In this document: positions 42,500 through 51,368 of the stretch, piece by piece
Layout of the letters: each line of letters starts with the position of its first letter
Position numbering within the stretch: position 1 is the first letter of the stretch
DNA from: Acidimicrobiales bacterium
GTDB taxonomy: Bacteria > Actinomycetota > Acidimicrobiia > Acidimicrobiales > SZUA-35
Direction of reading: 5' to 3'
Assembly: GCA_020628065.1 (NCBI GenBank)
Contig: JAHDFR010000001.1
Coordinates: 1-57,720, forward strand
DNA: 57,720 bases
Notes under the pieces: model-generated
Told to the model about the DNA's origin: nothing
Database searches by the model: none
The model's input: only the letters and a program-made list of their open reading frames with translations
Made by a program: the position numbers and the translations under genes

Positions 42500-43480
42500 T
42501 CAGCCGCCCAGTTGGCTCATTGACTTCGATGGCCGCAGGAAGTGAACCTGGCCGATGGCGTGTCCGGCCCATTTCCGGTCCACCTCCCCGGCAACTGCCG
42601 CCAGGATGGTGTCGTCATCAGCACCACCACGGAGCAAGCTGCGAAGGTCTACGTGATCAAGGGCGAACAGGCAGTTTCGAAGCTGACCGTCGGCGGTGAG
42701 CCGGATCCGGTCGCAACTGTCACAGAACGGTTCCGACACCGAAGCAATAATGCCGAACTCACCTGAACCGTCACGATAAATGAACCGTTCAGCCGGACTT
42801 GAACCCCGTTCGACCGGGTCGAACTCAAAATTGTCCGAGACAACAGCCAGAATCTCGTCGTAGCCAACCACGGTGTCCTCGGACCACTCCCCTTGGGCGT
42901 CGAGCGGCATGAACTCGATGAAACGAACGGTGACGCCCTTGTCCCGGCCCATCTCCAGGAACGGGATGATCTCGTCGGAATTGATGCCTCGCATGAGCAC
43001 CGCGTTGACTTTCACCGGATCAAACCCGGCGGCGACCGCAGCGTCGATTCCCTCCAGCACAGGCTCCAGTTCGTCGCGCCGGGTCAAATCGATGAAGCGC
43101 TGGCGATCGAGCGTGTCAAGGCTGATGTTGATGCGTTTCAAGCCGGCACTGCGCAGATCGTCGGCCAGCAACGGAAGGGTCGCTCCATTGGTGGTCATCG
43201 AAAGGTCGACGTCGAGTTCGGAGAGCGACGCAACCAGCTGGGAAAGGCGTGCACGAACGGTGGGCTCGCCTCCGGTCAGCCGGATCGACTTCACGCCGGC
43301 CCGCTCAACAAGAATGCGAGCGACCCGTCCAATCTCTTCGAAGCTCAAAAGGTCTGACCTGTCCAGCCAGGTCATCCCCTCCGAAGGCATGCAGTATTGA
43401 CAGCGAAAGTTACATCGATCGGTCACCGAGATCCGTAGATCGGTGTGAATCCGGCCGAATTGGTCCACGAGCCCTGCCAT
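42500..43480 (-). CDS. moaA: GTP 3',8-cyclase (radical SAM)
   Basis: VTDRCNFRCQYCMP (CxxxCxxC) and a C-terminal Cys cluster FCDSCDRIRL. ATG 43480 (MAGLVDQFGR) is chosen. The Arg-rich ORF-track extension to 43642 overlaps moeA. Confidence 0.92.
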   Translation of the reverse strand: MAGLVDQFGRIHTDLRISVTDRCNFRCQYCMPSEGMTWLDRSDLLSFEEIGRVARILVERAGVKSIRLTGGEPTVRARLSQLVASLSELDVDLSMTTNGATLPLLADDLRSAGLKRINISLDTLDRQRFIDLTRRDELEPVLEGIDAAVAAGFDPVKVNAVLMRGINSDEIIPFLEMGRDKGVTVRFIEFMPLDAQGEWSEDTVVGYDEILAVVSDNFEFDPVERGSSPAERFIYRDGSGEFGIIASVSEPFCDSCDRIRLTADGQLRNCLFALDHVDLRSLLRGGADDDTILAAVAGEVDRKWAGHAIGQVHFLRPSKSMSQLGG

Positions 43481-43506
43481 CAGTTCAGAGTATCCGCCAT
43501 CGAGAC

Positions 43507-44733
43507 CTAATCGAGCAGAATCACTTCGATGATGTCGCCGGCCTCGATTCCTTCTCCGTCGGGCACGACCGCCAGGCCGTTGGCCGTGGCCATGGCCAGC
43601 AGCTGATGGGACCCTTGACCACCGGCCGACCGCGCCGTCCAACCGTCGGCCGACTCCTGGGCCAGCACGCGCATGAAATGGGTTTTGCCGTCCTGGTGCC
43701 GTCGTAGGGATTCGGTCGATACCGCTCGCACTCGAGGTCGATCGGCGTCCAAACGGCCCATCATGCGACGCAACGCCGGACGAGCAAAGAGCTCAAAGCT
43801 CACCATGGAGGAAACCGGGTTGCCGGGAAGGCCGAAGATTGGGACGCCATCCAGCACACCAAAAACAAAGGGCTTTGCCGGCTTGATGGCCACCTGCATC
43901 CAGGAGAAGTCACCCAACCTGGTCAAGACCGCCTTGACGTAATCGAAGTCGCCCATACTGACTCCGCCGGACGTGATGATGGCGTCGCAACGGTCGACAC
44001 CACCCATGAGAGCCCGCTCAAGTGACGCCTCATCGTCACGAACCAAACCGAGATCATAGGGTTCAAGTCCGGCCTGCTCGATCAGGCTGAGGAGCATGAC
44101 ACGGTTGCTATCACGAATCTGACCGGGTTTGAGCGGCTCAGTGCCGTCGACCAACTCATCCCCGGTCGACATCACGCCAACCCGGGGGCGGCGGAATACG
44201 GTGACCCGCTGGCGACCGAGACTGGCCAGAACCCCAATGTGTCCCGGGGTCAGAAGAGTCCCGGGATGAAAGACCTCAATACCCTCGGGGATATCGTCAC
44301 CGGCCGGGCGGACGTGATTACCGACCGGCACTTCGGCCATAACGTCGACATCAAATCCGTTCGGGCGGGTTAACTCAACCATCACGACGGCATCCGAACC
44401 CGGAGGTAGCGGAGCCCCGGTCATGATCCGCATGGCCTCACCGGGCTGAAGGGTACGATCCGACACGGCGCCGGCGGCAATAGTGGCCACAACAGGTAGA
44501 GATACGGGATCGTCCTTGGTGGCCCCAACCGTGTCCGCCGCTCGAACGGCGAAGCCGTCCATCGCCGTGTTGGCAAAAGGCGGGATGGCCTCGGCCGAGA
44601 TAATGGTCTTGGCCAGGACATGACCGACAGCGTCTCGCAGGTCGACGGCGGCTTCGTCCAAAACCGACAGTTGACGGTTGACCCTGGCCTGGGCTTCCTC
44701 GAGCGCGATCATGGCCGCAATCGTACTTGCCAA
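43507..44733 (-). CDS. moeA: Molybdopterin molybdenumtransferase
   Basis: IPPFANTAMDGFAVRA, the MoCF-binding region VGVMSTGDEL and GLPGNPVSS. 408 aa. Confidence 0.92.
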   Translation of the reverse strand: MASTIAAMIALEEAQARVNRQLSVLDEAAVDLRDAVGHVLAKTIISAEAIPPFANTAMDGFAVRAADTVGATKDDPVSLPVVATIAAGAVSDRTLQPGEAMRIMTGAPLPPGSDAVVMVELTRPNGFDVDVMAEVPVGNHVRPAGDDIPEGIEVFHPGTLLTPGHIGVLASLGRQRVTVFRRPRVGVMSTGDELVDGTEPLKPGQIRDSNRVMLLSLIEQAGLEPYDLGLVRDDEASLERALMGGVDRCDAIITSGGVSMGDFDYVKAVLTRLGDFSWMQVAIKPAKPFVFGVLDGVPIFGLPGNPVSSMVSFELFARPALRRMMGRLDADRPRVRAVSTESLRRHQDGKTHFMRVLAQESADGWTARSAGGQGSHQLLAMATANGLAVVPDGEGIEAGDIIEVILLD

Positions 44734-44762
44734 CCAACCGGAACGACGTGGCCGGGCTACCG

Positions 44763-44793
44763 GTTTCGGGCATTGATCGGCAATGCCCGAAAC
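44763..44793 (-). terminator. Perfect 13-bp stem / 5-nt loop hairpin between galU and moeA
   Basis: gtttcgggcattg-atcgg-caatgcccgaaac. On the minus strand it starts 4 nt after the galU stop and ends 29 nt before the moeA ATG. There is no U-tract. Confidence 0.5.
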
Positions 44794-44797
44794 GGCA

Positions 44798-45724
44798 TCA
44801 GCAGAGATTTTCCCGCTTGGCGATGTCGCTCAAGATTTGGCGGAACTCGTGGCCGAGATCGTCTCGTTCCAGCGCCATTTCAACCACGGCCCGGAGATAG
44901 TCGATCTTCTTTCCGGTGTCGAAGCGACCTTCGCTGAAGGTGAACCCGAGCAGTTTCTCCCGGTCCAGCAGAGACACCATGGCGTCGGTGATTTGGATCT
45001 CGCCGCCAACACCTGGGTTGGTCTTGGCGATCTCTTCGAAGATGGTGGGGGTGAAAAGGTACCGACCCATTACCGCCAGGTTCGAAGGTGCGTCTTCCGG
45101 CGCAGGCTTTTCGACCAACGATGTCACTTCCACCAGGCGGTCGGCCATGGGGTTGGCGGCGGCGCATCCATAGGCTGAGATGTCGTTCTGCGGTACTTCC
45201 ATCAGGGCCACCACCGATGACTGGTGCTGGTTGTAGGCGTCGATCATTCCCTTCAGAACGCCGGCTTTGCGATGCATGATGTCGTCGCCCAGCAACACCA
45301 CAAACGGTTCATCGCCGACATGGTTTCGAGCGGTGCCGATGGCATGGCCGAGCCCCAACGCTTCGCCCTGACGGACGAAGTGCAGCTGGGCCAGATCGGC
45401 CAGCTGGCGCAGCCCCTTTGCCTCGTCGGACTTGCCTTTGGCTTCGAGCTGATCCTCCAGCTCCAGCAGACGGTCGAAGTGGTCTTCAATCGACTTCTTG
45501 TAGCGGGACGTGATGATGATGATGTCCTCGATACCGGCGTCAACCGCCTCCTCGATCACATACTGAATCACCGGCCGGTCAACCACCGGAAGCATTTCCT
45601 TGGGAACCGCCTTGGTGAAGGGAAGAAAGCGGGTGCCCAGCCCGGCGGCCGGAATGACGGCCTTTCGGACCGGCTTGGCAGCCGAGTTGGCAGCTGAGTT
45701 GGTTGTGGTGGTCGAGTTTGTCAT
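44798..45724 (-). CDS. galU: UTP--glucose-1-phosphate uridylyltransferase
   Basis: KAVIPAAGLGTRFLPFTKAVPKEMLPVVDRPVIQYVIEEA and VLLGDD. 308 aa. Confidence 0.93.
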   Translation of the reverse strand: MTNSTTTTNSAANSAAKPVRKAVIPAAGLGTRFLPFTKAVPKEMLPVVDRPVIQYVIEEAVDAGIEDIIIITSRYKKSIEDHFDRLLELEDQLEAKGKSDEAKGLRQLADLAQLHFVRQGEALGLGHAIGTARNHVGDEPFVVLLGDDIMHRKAGVLKGMIDAYNQHQSSVVALMEVPQNDISAYGCAAANPMADRLVEVTSLVEKPAPEDAPSNLAVMGRYLFTPTIFEEIAKTNPGVGGEIQITDAMVSLLDREKLLGFTFSEGRFDTGKKIDYLRAVVEMALERDDLGHEFRQILSDIAKRENLC

Positions 45725-45975
45725 TGGAGCGCAGCCTTTGCCGTTGGTCGATGATCAGTCGGTGAAAATCCGTCGCTGAAAATGCAGATTCCCATCGGTC
45801 CAAAGTTCGGGGCTGTGAGAGCGTCACGCCGACGGGAAAGATCGTCGCACGAAGCGATACCTCTTCGCCGGTAAAGTGTGATCCGCACTCTTCACCTCAC
45901 AGTTGACATTCCGCATCTTCAGGTGGTGCCGCTCCGGTCGGTCACGCCGCAGGTGCAACTAACCGGGAGCAATCC

Positions 45976-46356
45976 GTGCCAGTCTATGAATACAAGTGCA
46001 AAGTCTGCGATGAGCAATTTGAGATTGAGCAGCCGATCACCGACGACACCCTGACCACGCTCGACGGTTGCAACGTGGACGACAGCGGCCAACACCAACT
46101 GAAAAAGGTGTTTCGGGCCGTCGGCATTTCGTTCAAGGGTGACGGCTTCTACCGAAACGACTCTCGATCAGGCGGCGGTTCGTCTACCTCAACCGGATCG
46201 ACCAGTTCGTCCGACTCGGGTTCTTCGAGCTCGACGGAGTCAACTTCATCAAACTCAAGCGGCTCCGATTCAGGATCGTCGAAGAGCAGTTCTTCGGACT
46301 CGTCATCTACATCAGCATCGAAAAAGTCGTCTGACTCGTCGAAAGCAAAGAGCTAG
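45976..46356 (+). CDS. FmdB-family zinc-ribbon protein with a Ser-rich tail
   Basis: MPVYEYKCKVCDEQFEIEQPITDD ... GC ... followed by ~60 aa of Ser/Gly/Thr low complexity. GTG start. Confidence 0.8.
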   Translation: MPVYEYKCKVCDEQFEIEQPITDDTLTTLDGCNVDDSGQHQLKKVFRAVGISFKGDGFYRNDSRSGGGSSTSTGSTSSSDSGSSSSTESTSSNSSGSDSGSSKSSSSDSSSTSASKKSSDSSKAKS

Positions 46357-46383
46357 CGAAACCGGCTTCCCCAAGCGTCGGCC

Positions 46384-47736
46384 TCAGGCATTGGCGCCCG
46401 AGAGCGCCACTTCCCCAATCACCAAAGGTGGCGTGCTGGCTCCGTTGGGAAGATGAGTGACCTCTCCCCCGACCCTGGTTATGTCCAACAGCATTCGTTG
46501 CAACGTGGACGCCAGGGTGCATTCGTTGATCGGCTCAGCCAGCTGTCCGTTTCGAATCATGCGCCCGGTGGCTCCGACCGAAAAATCGCCGGAAACGGCA
46601 TTGACCCCGGAGTGCAGTCCATCGAGGCTGAAGACGTAGACTCCGTGATCGACCCCGGCAATCAGCTCCTCCATGGTGCCCTCGCCGGGGGCGACGTGCA
46701 GAGCATGCACCCCGGGCCCGGGCAAACCACGGACACCTCGCATGGCCGAGCCGGTTGACGCCTTATCGGCTTTGCGCCCATTGTAGGAATCGTAAAAGAA
46801 GCCTTGCAGCACACCGTCGGTCACCAACGGAACCGGCCTGCAGGCCAAGCCCTCGCCGTCGTGTGAATCCGAACCGAGCGATTCAAGGTCGGTGGGGTCA
46901 TCCAGGAAGGTCACGGCGTCGGCAGCGATACGTTCCCCGACCCGTTCGGCAAACGGCGACCGTTGCTTCAAAACTCGTTCGCCGCTCAGCGTGCCGGCGA
47001 TAAGCCCAATAGCGGTGGCCGTCAGATTGGGATCCAAAACCAACGAGACGGTGGACGACTGAGGCTTGACCGCGCCAATCAAATCGACCGTTCTGGAAAC
47101 AGCTCGATCAACCACGTAGTCCATGTCGAGATCCTGTGGTTGCCGGGCGCCGTCCCAACCGAATCCGGTTCGAGTACGTTCGCCGTCGTCGGCCAGCGGT
47201 TGCACCGCCACCTGCGCCGACGACGAGCGGGTCGCCGCCTCAATTCCAGCAGTGGAAGCCAGTGCGAACGCTCCGGTCCCATCGCCGTAGGTCGCAGTGC
47301 GGACCCCTCGGATGCGGTCGTCAGCCGCCACAACTCGACGTTCCAACTCAAGTGCGGTGGCGATCTTGTCTTCGCTGGACATGGCGTCGACGCCATGACG
47401 CCACAAGTCGACCTCCTGGGCCTCCACCCCGTCGGGTTCGGCAATACCGGCATGCTCATCCGGTTCGGCAAACCGGGCGTTGTCTCTGGCATCGGCCAGC
47501 ACACGTTCAACCACATCCGGGCTGAGATTCCCGGCGCTGGCGAAACCCTCGCGGCCGTCAACCAGGACCCGAATGCCGATGCCCAACGACTCGGCCGAGG
47601 TGAAGGACTCAACCTCACCTTGGTACACCTTGACCGAGGTGGAGCGACCGTGCGAGCAGGCCACCTCCATTTGCTCGTTGTCATTCGCTTGTGAGGTGAT
47701 GGAACGGGCCAGCTCCAAAAGATCGTCGGGGGTCAT
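46384..47736 (-). CDS. pmbA: TldD/PmbA family metallopeptidase, PmbA-like subunit
   Basis: Paralogous to the upstream tldD but lacks HExxxH. The ATG at 47736 overlaps the tldD stop (ATGA). The ORF-track start at 47823 lies inside tldD. Confidence 0.85.
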   Translation of the reverse strand: MTPDDLLELARSITSQANDNEQMEVACSHGRSTSVKVYQGEVESFTSAESLGIGIRVLVDGREGFASAGNLSPDVVERVLADARDNARFAEPDEHAGIAEPDGVEAQEVDLWRHGVDAMSSEDKIATALELERRVVAADDRIRGVRTATYGDGTGAFALASTAGIEAATRSSSAQVAVQPLADDGERTRTGFGWDGARQPQDLDMDYVVDRAVSRTVDLIGAVKPQSSTVSLVLDPNLTATAIGLIAGTLSGERVLKQRSPFAERVGERIAADAVTFLDDPTDLESLGSDSHDGEGLACRPVPLVTDGVLQGFFYDSYNGRKADKASTGSAMRGVRGLPGPGVHALHVAPGEGTMEELIAGVDHGVYVFSLDGLHSGVNAVSGDFSVGATGRMIRNGQLAEPINECTLASTLQRMLLDITRVGGEVTHLPNGASTPPLVIGEVALSGANA

Positions 47737-49172
47737 GAAGCCGTACCGCCGACCGTCAGCTCCTTCACCCGAAGGGTGGGTACACCGAAACCAACCGGCA
47801 CGCCCTGGCCGTCCTTGCCGCACGTGCCCGGCGAACCGAGGGCGAAGTCGTTACCGACGGCTTCGATATCCACCAGAGCCTTCGGCCCATTGCCGATCAG
47901 CTGCCCATCACGCAGAGGGGCGGTCAGCTTCCCGCCCTCAATCAGGTAGGCCTCGACCATTCCGAACACAAAATCTCCCGACGCGGTGTTCACCTGGCCT
48001 CCACCGAGCTTGGCCACGTACACCCCGTTGTCCACATCGGCGATGATGTCGTCGGGATCGCTGTCGCCCCCGGCCAGATAGGTGTTGGTCATCCGCACCA
48101 TCGGGAGGTGCCGATAGCTCTGGCGCCGACCGTTCCCGCTGCTGGGTCGGCCCTCGGCCCGGGCTCGAAGACCGTCCCACATGTAGTCGACAAGAACGCC
48201 GTCTTGGATGAGCACGTTGCTGGCCGCCGGTTGGCCCTCATCGTCGATGGCGAAGTGTCCCCACTGCTCGTTCATGGTGCCGTCATCGATGATGGAGACC
48301 AGTGGTGAGGCCACCTGCTCACCTACCCGATCGGCGAACACCGACGCTCCCTTGCGGACAAGATCGGCCTCCAGGCCGTGCCCGCACGCCTCGTGGAACA
48401 ATACGCCTCCGGAGCCGGGGCCGATCACAACCGGCAGGGTTCCGGCGGGAGCAGGTCGGGCTTCGAGTTTGAGCAGCGCCCGGTTGGCCGCTTTTCGCGC
48501 CAATTCTTCGACGTCGTAGCGATCGAAGAGTTCAAATCCGACCGAGAGGCCGATGGTTTCATAACCGGTCTGAAGACCGGTGTCGCCCGAGGCCACGCAG
48601 CTGACCGAAAACCGGGTCCGAGCCTGGTCGTCAGTGGCGTAGACCCCATCGGAGTTGGCCACAAGAATTCGGCGACGGGCGTCGCCGTAGGTGGCGCTGA
48701 CCTGTGTCACCGCTCCCCCGGTGCCGGGGCCGGTGGCCCGGGCGGCCTCGTCGGCCTGTTGAAGAAGCCGAACCTTAACCGCTTTGTCGATGTCGGCCGG
48801 GTCGATCGTCATGGTCGATTCCCGACCGGATCCGGCTCGGCCATCGGATTGGGTGTCGGAGCGGGCCGGTCCGCTGCCCGAGCCGGCGGCGTCGGCGGCC
48901 GAGCGGGCAGCGGCCAACAAGCCGCCTTCGGTCAAGTTCGATGTGTGGGCGAAACCGGTGGACTCACCGTTTACCACCCGGATTCCCACCCCACGATCGT
49001 GATCGGACGACAGTGTCTCGATACGCCCGTCGTCGAGGACGGCGGAACTCCTACGGGTGTCCTCGGCAAAGACCTCGGCAAAGCCGGCCCCCCGCCCCAG
49101 CGCCTGCTCCAGAACTCGCTCCACGAGCGGCTGTTCGAGGAGTGTCGGGCTGGATTCAGACGATTCGGACAT
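47733..49172 (-). CDS. tldD: TldD family metallopeptidase
   Basis: HEACGHGLEAD metal-binding motif. 479 aa. Confidence 0.9.
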   Translation of the reverse strand: MSESSESSPTLLEQPLVERVLEQALGRGAGFAEVFAEDTRRSSAVLDDGRIETLSSDHDRGVGIRVVNGESTGFAHTSNLTEGGLLAAARSAADAAGSGSGPARSDTQSDGRAGSGRESTMTIDPADIDKAVKVRLLQQADEAARATGPGTGGAVTQVSATYGDARRRILVANSDGVYATDDQARTRFSVSCVASGDTGLQTGYETIGLSVGFELFDRYDVEELARKAANRALLKLEARPAPAGTLPVVIGPGSGGVLFHEACGHGLEADLVRKGASVFADRVGEQVASPLVSIIDDGTMNEQWGHFAIDDEGQPAASNVLIQDGVLVDYMWDGLRARAEGRPSSGNGRRQSYRHLPMVRMTNTYLAGGDSDPDDIIADVDNGVYVAKLGGGQVNTASGDFVFGMVEAYLIEGGKLTAPLRDGQLIGNGPKALVDIEAVGNDFALGSPGTCGKDGQGVPVGFGVPTLRVKELTVGGTAS

Positions 49173-49316
49173 GAACGGATTCTAGCTGTTCGCACCTGGG
49201 CTGGGAGAACGTCGATCCCACCGAGGTCGTGATGTGGCCGAACTCACACCCTCAAGATGATCCGCCGCGGTTCACCAGGCGTAGTTCGGAACGCTACCGT
49301 AGATGGGTGGACTCAC

Positions 49317-49330
49317 GAACGTGAACGTTC
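49317..49330. promoter_or_regulatory. 14-bp palindrome GAACGT-ga-ACGTTC upstream of dxs
   Basis: Exact 6-bp arms at 49317-49322 and 49325-49330. It is nested inside a wider 7-bp inverted repeat (cggaacg at 49277, cgttccg at 49326). Confidence 0.35.
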
Positions 49331-49341
49331 CGTCTTCAATA

Positions 49342-49393
49342 CCGGTTGCCACCTAGCCGGTTGCCATAACCGGTTGCCTGATCACCGGTTGAC
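49342..49393 (+). repeat. Four direct copies of CCGGTTG(C/A)C at 13-15-bp spacing immediately upstream of dxs
   Basis: Copies at 49342-49350, 49357-49365 and 49370-49378 are all CCGGTTGCC. The copy at 49385-49393 is CCGGTTGAC. The last copy ends 15 nt before the dxs ATG, just upstream of a GGAG Shine-Dalgarno sequence. Confidence 0.9.
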
Positions 49394-49408
49394 GTCATCG
49401 GAGTAACA

Positions 49409-51292
49409 ATGAAAGAACAGACCGACCTGCTGGCAACCATCTCAAGCCCGGCCGACCTCAAGGCGCTCGACCTCGGTCAGCTGGACCGCTTGTGTCAGGA
49501 GATTCGGGAGTTCATCGTCGACAAAGTCAACCAGAGCAAGGCCGGCGGCCACCTCGGCTCAAATCTGGGGATTGTCGAACTGACCGTGGCCATGCACAGG
49601 GTGCTCAACTCACCCGAGGACGTCATCCTGTTCGACACCGGACACCAGGCATACGTACACAAGATTCTGACCGGACGCACCGGAGAGTTCGACAGCCTAC
49701 GGACCTCCGACGGTCTATCCGGGTACCCGAGCCGCGACGAGTCCGACCACGACTGGATCGAGAACAGTCACGCCTCCACCGCACTGGCCTACGCCCACGG
49801 TTTGGCCATCGCCGACCGGACGACGGACCCTGAATCGCAGCGTCGCATCGTTGCCGTCATCGGTGACGGCTCGATGACCGGCGGCATGGCCTTCGAGGGC
49901 TTGAACAATCTCGGTCACGACAATGCCAACGTGACTATCGTCCTCAACGACAACGGTCGCTCCTACGCACCGACGGTCTCGTTGTTGTCGGACAGCCTGA
50001 TCAAAATTCGCTCGAACCCGGTGTACATGAAGAGACAGCGGCTGTTCGAGGAGTTCACCTCCGACCTACCGGTGGTGGGCCGATTGTCCGAGCGAGGAAT
50101 TCGCGCTTGGAAGGCCGCCATCCGAGAGGCGTTCGAGCCTCATGCCTTCTTCGAACCACTCGGCGTTCGCTACATGGGCCCCTTCGACGGTCACGACATC
50201 GCCGAGCTCGAGACGGCACTGAGCAATGCCGGTGATTTCCCAGGTCCCGTGGTTGTCCACGTGGAAACCCGGAAAGGTCGGGGCTACGGTCCCGCCGAGA
50301 ACGACCCCATCAAGAACATGCACGACATCGGAGCGGTGAAGCCGGGAAGCTACACCGCTGCGTTCAGTGAGACGATGATCAAGCTGGGAGAACAGAACCC
50401 CAACCTGGTGGCCATTACCGCCGCCATGCCGGACTCAACCGGCCTGTTGCCGTTCGGCGAACGGTTCGGCGATCGTCTCATCGATGTCGGCATCGCCGAG
50501 CAGCACGCCGTGACAGCGGCAGCCGGTATGGCCATGGGCGGCCTCCGACCGGTGGTGGCGCTCTATTCCACGTTCCTCAGCAGGGCGTTCGACCAGATGA
50601 ACCTGGATGTCGGCCTGCATCGCCAACCGGTCATTTTCTGCCTTGATCGGGCTGGAATCACCGGTGACGACGGACCATCCCACCATGGCATCCTCGATAT
50701 GGTTCTGATGCGCAAGGTGGCGGGAATGACCATCTTTGCCCCATCCTCCTATCAGGAACTTCAGCAGATGCTGACCGATGCCATCGATATCACCACCGGC
50801 CCTGTCGGTATCCGGTGGCCAAAGACCCCGGCCCCATCGGTCGGTCCGGACGACATCGGCTACGGCCTCAACGCCCGTCAGGTTCGTTCAGCCACTGGCG
50901 GCACCAACACCCCATCGGTCTGCCTGATCGGCGTTGGCAAGATGTTGACCTCGGCCACCGACGCAGCCGACATTCTGGCCGCCGCTGGAATTGAAGCCAG
51001 CGTGTGGGACGCACGTGTGGTACAGCCGGTTGACCCGAAGCTGGCAGCCGACGCCGCCCGACACGACATCGTGGTCACCATCGAGGACGGGCTGTCGGAC
51101 GGTGGCGCCGGAACCGGCATCGTCAACGCCGTCAAAGCATGCGTGGCCGACGGTGGACTGAGCGAACCCCGCTTTCGGGTGTTGGGCATCCCGACCAGCT
51201 ACATTCCCCAGGCAAAGCCGGATCAGATCCTGGCCGGTCTCGGGCTTGACGGAGCTGGTGTGGCCGAGACCATCCGGTCACTGGTCAACTGA
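49409..51292 (+). CDS. dxs: 1-deoxy-D-xylulose-5-phosphate synthase
   Basis: GHQAYVHKILTGR, the TPP motif GDGSMTGGMAFEGLNN and IAEQHAVT. 627 aa. Confidence 0.95.
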   Translation: MKEQTDLLATISSPADLKALDLGQLDRLCQEIREFIVDKVNQSKAGGHLGSNLGIVELTVAMHRVLNSPEDVILFDTGHQAYVHKILTGRTGEFDSLRTSDGLSGYPSRDESDHDWIENSHASTALAYAHGLAIADRTTDPESQRRIVAVIGDGSMTGGMAFEGLNNLGHDNANVTIVLNDNGRSYAPTVSLLSDSLIKIRSNPVYMKRQRLFEEFTSDLPVVGRLSERGIRAWKAAIREAFEPHAFFEPLGVRYMGPFDGHDIAELETALSNAGDFPGPVVVHVETRKGRGYGPAENDPIKNMHDIGAVKPGSYTAAFSETMIKLGEQNPNLVAITAAMPDSTGLLPFGERFGDRLIDVGIAEQHAVTAAAGMAMGGLRPVVALYSTFLSRAFDQMNLDVGLHRQPVIFCLDRAGITGDDGPSHHGILDMVLMRKVAGMTIFAPSSYQELQQMLTDAIDITTGPVGIRWPKTPAPSVGPDDIGYGLNARQVRSATGGTNTPSVCLIGVGKMLTSATDAADILAAAGIEASVWDARVVQPVDPKLAADAARHDIVVTIEDGLSDGGAGTGIVNAVKACVADGGLSEPRFRVLGIPTSYIPQAKPDQILAGLGLDGAGVAETIRSLVN

Positions 51293-51368
51293 GCCGACGC
51301 CGACGGTACGCCAACCAGGTTAAAGCTTTAGCTGTCACTGCCCGCCCATTCGAGTTGACTACGATCGG

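Noticed and set aside
43481-43642. Arg/Gly/His-rich 54-aa N-terminal extension of MoaA (and the similar extension of MoaC at 42468-42572)
   Set aside because: Both extensions overlap the upstream genes (moeA and moaA). Internal starts reproduce normal family N-termini.
51321-51330. 10-bp AT-rich palindrome TAAAGCTTTA between dxs and glgX
   Set aside because: It is too short to distinguish from chance. It is recorded only because it is AT-rich in a GC-rich spacer.
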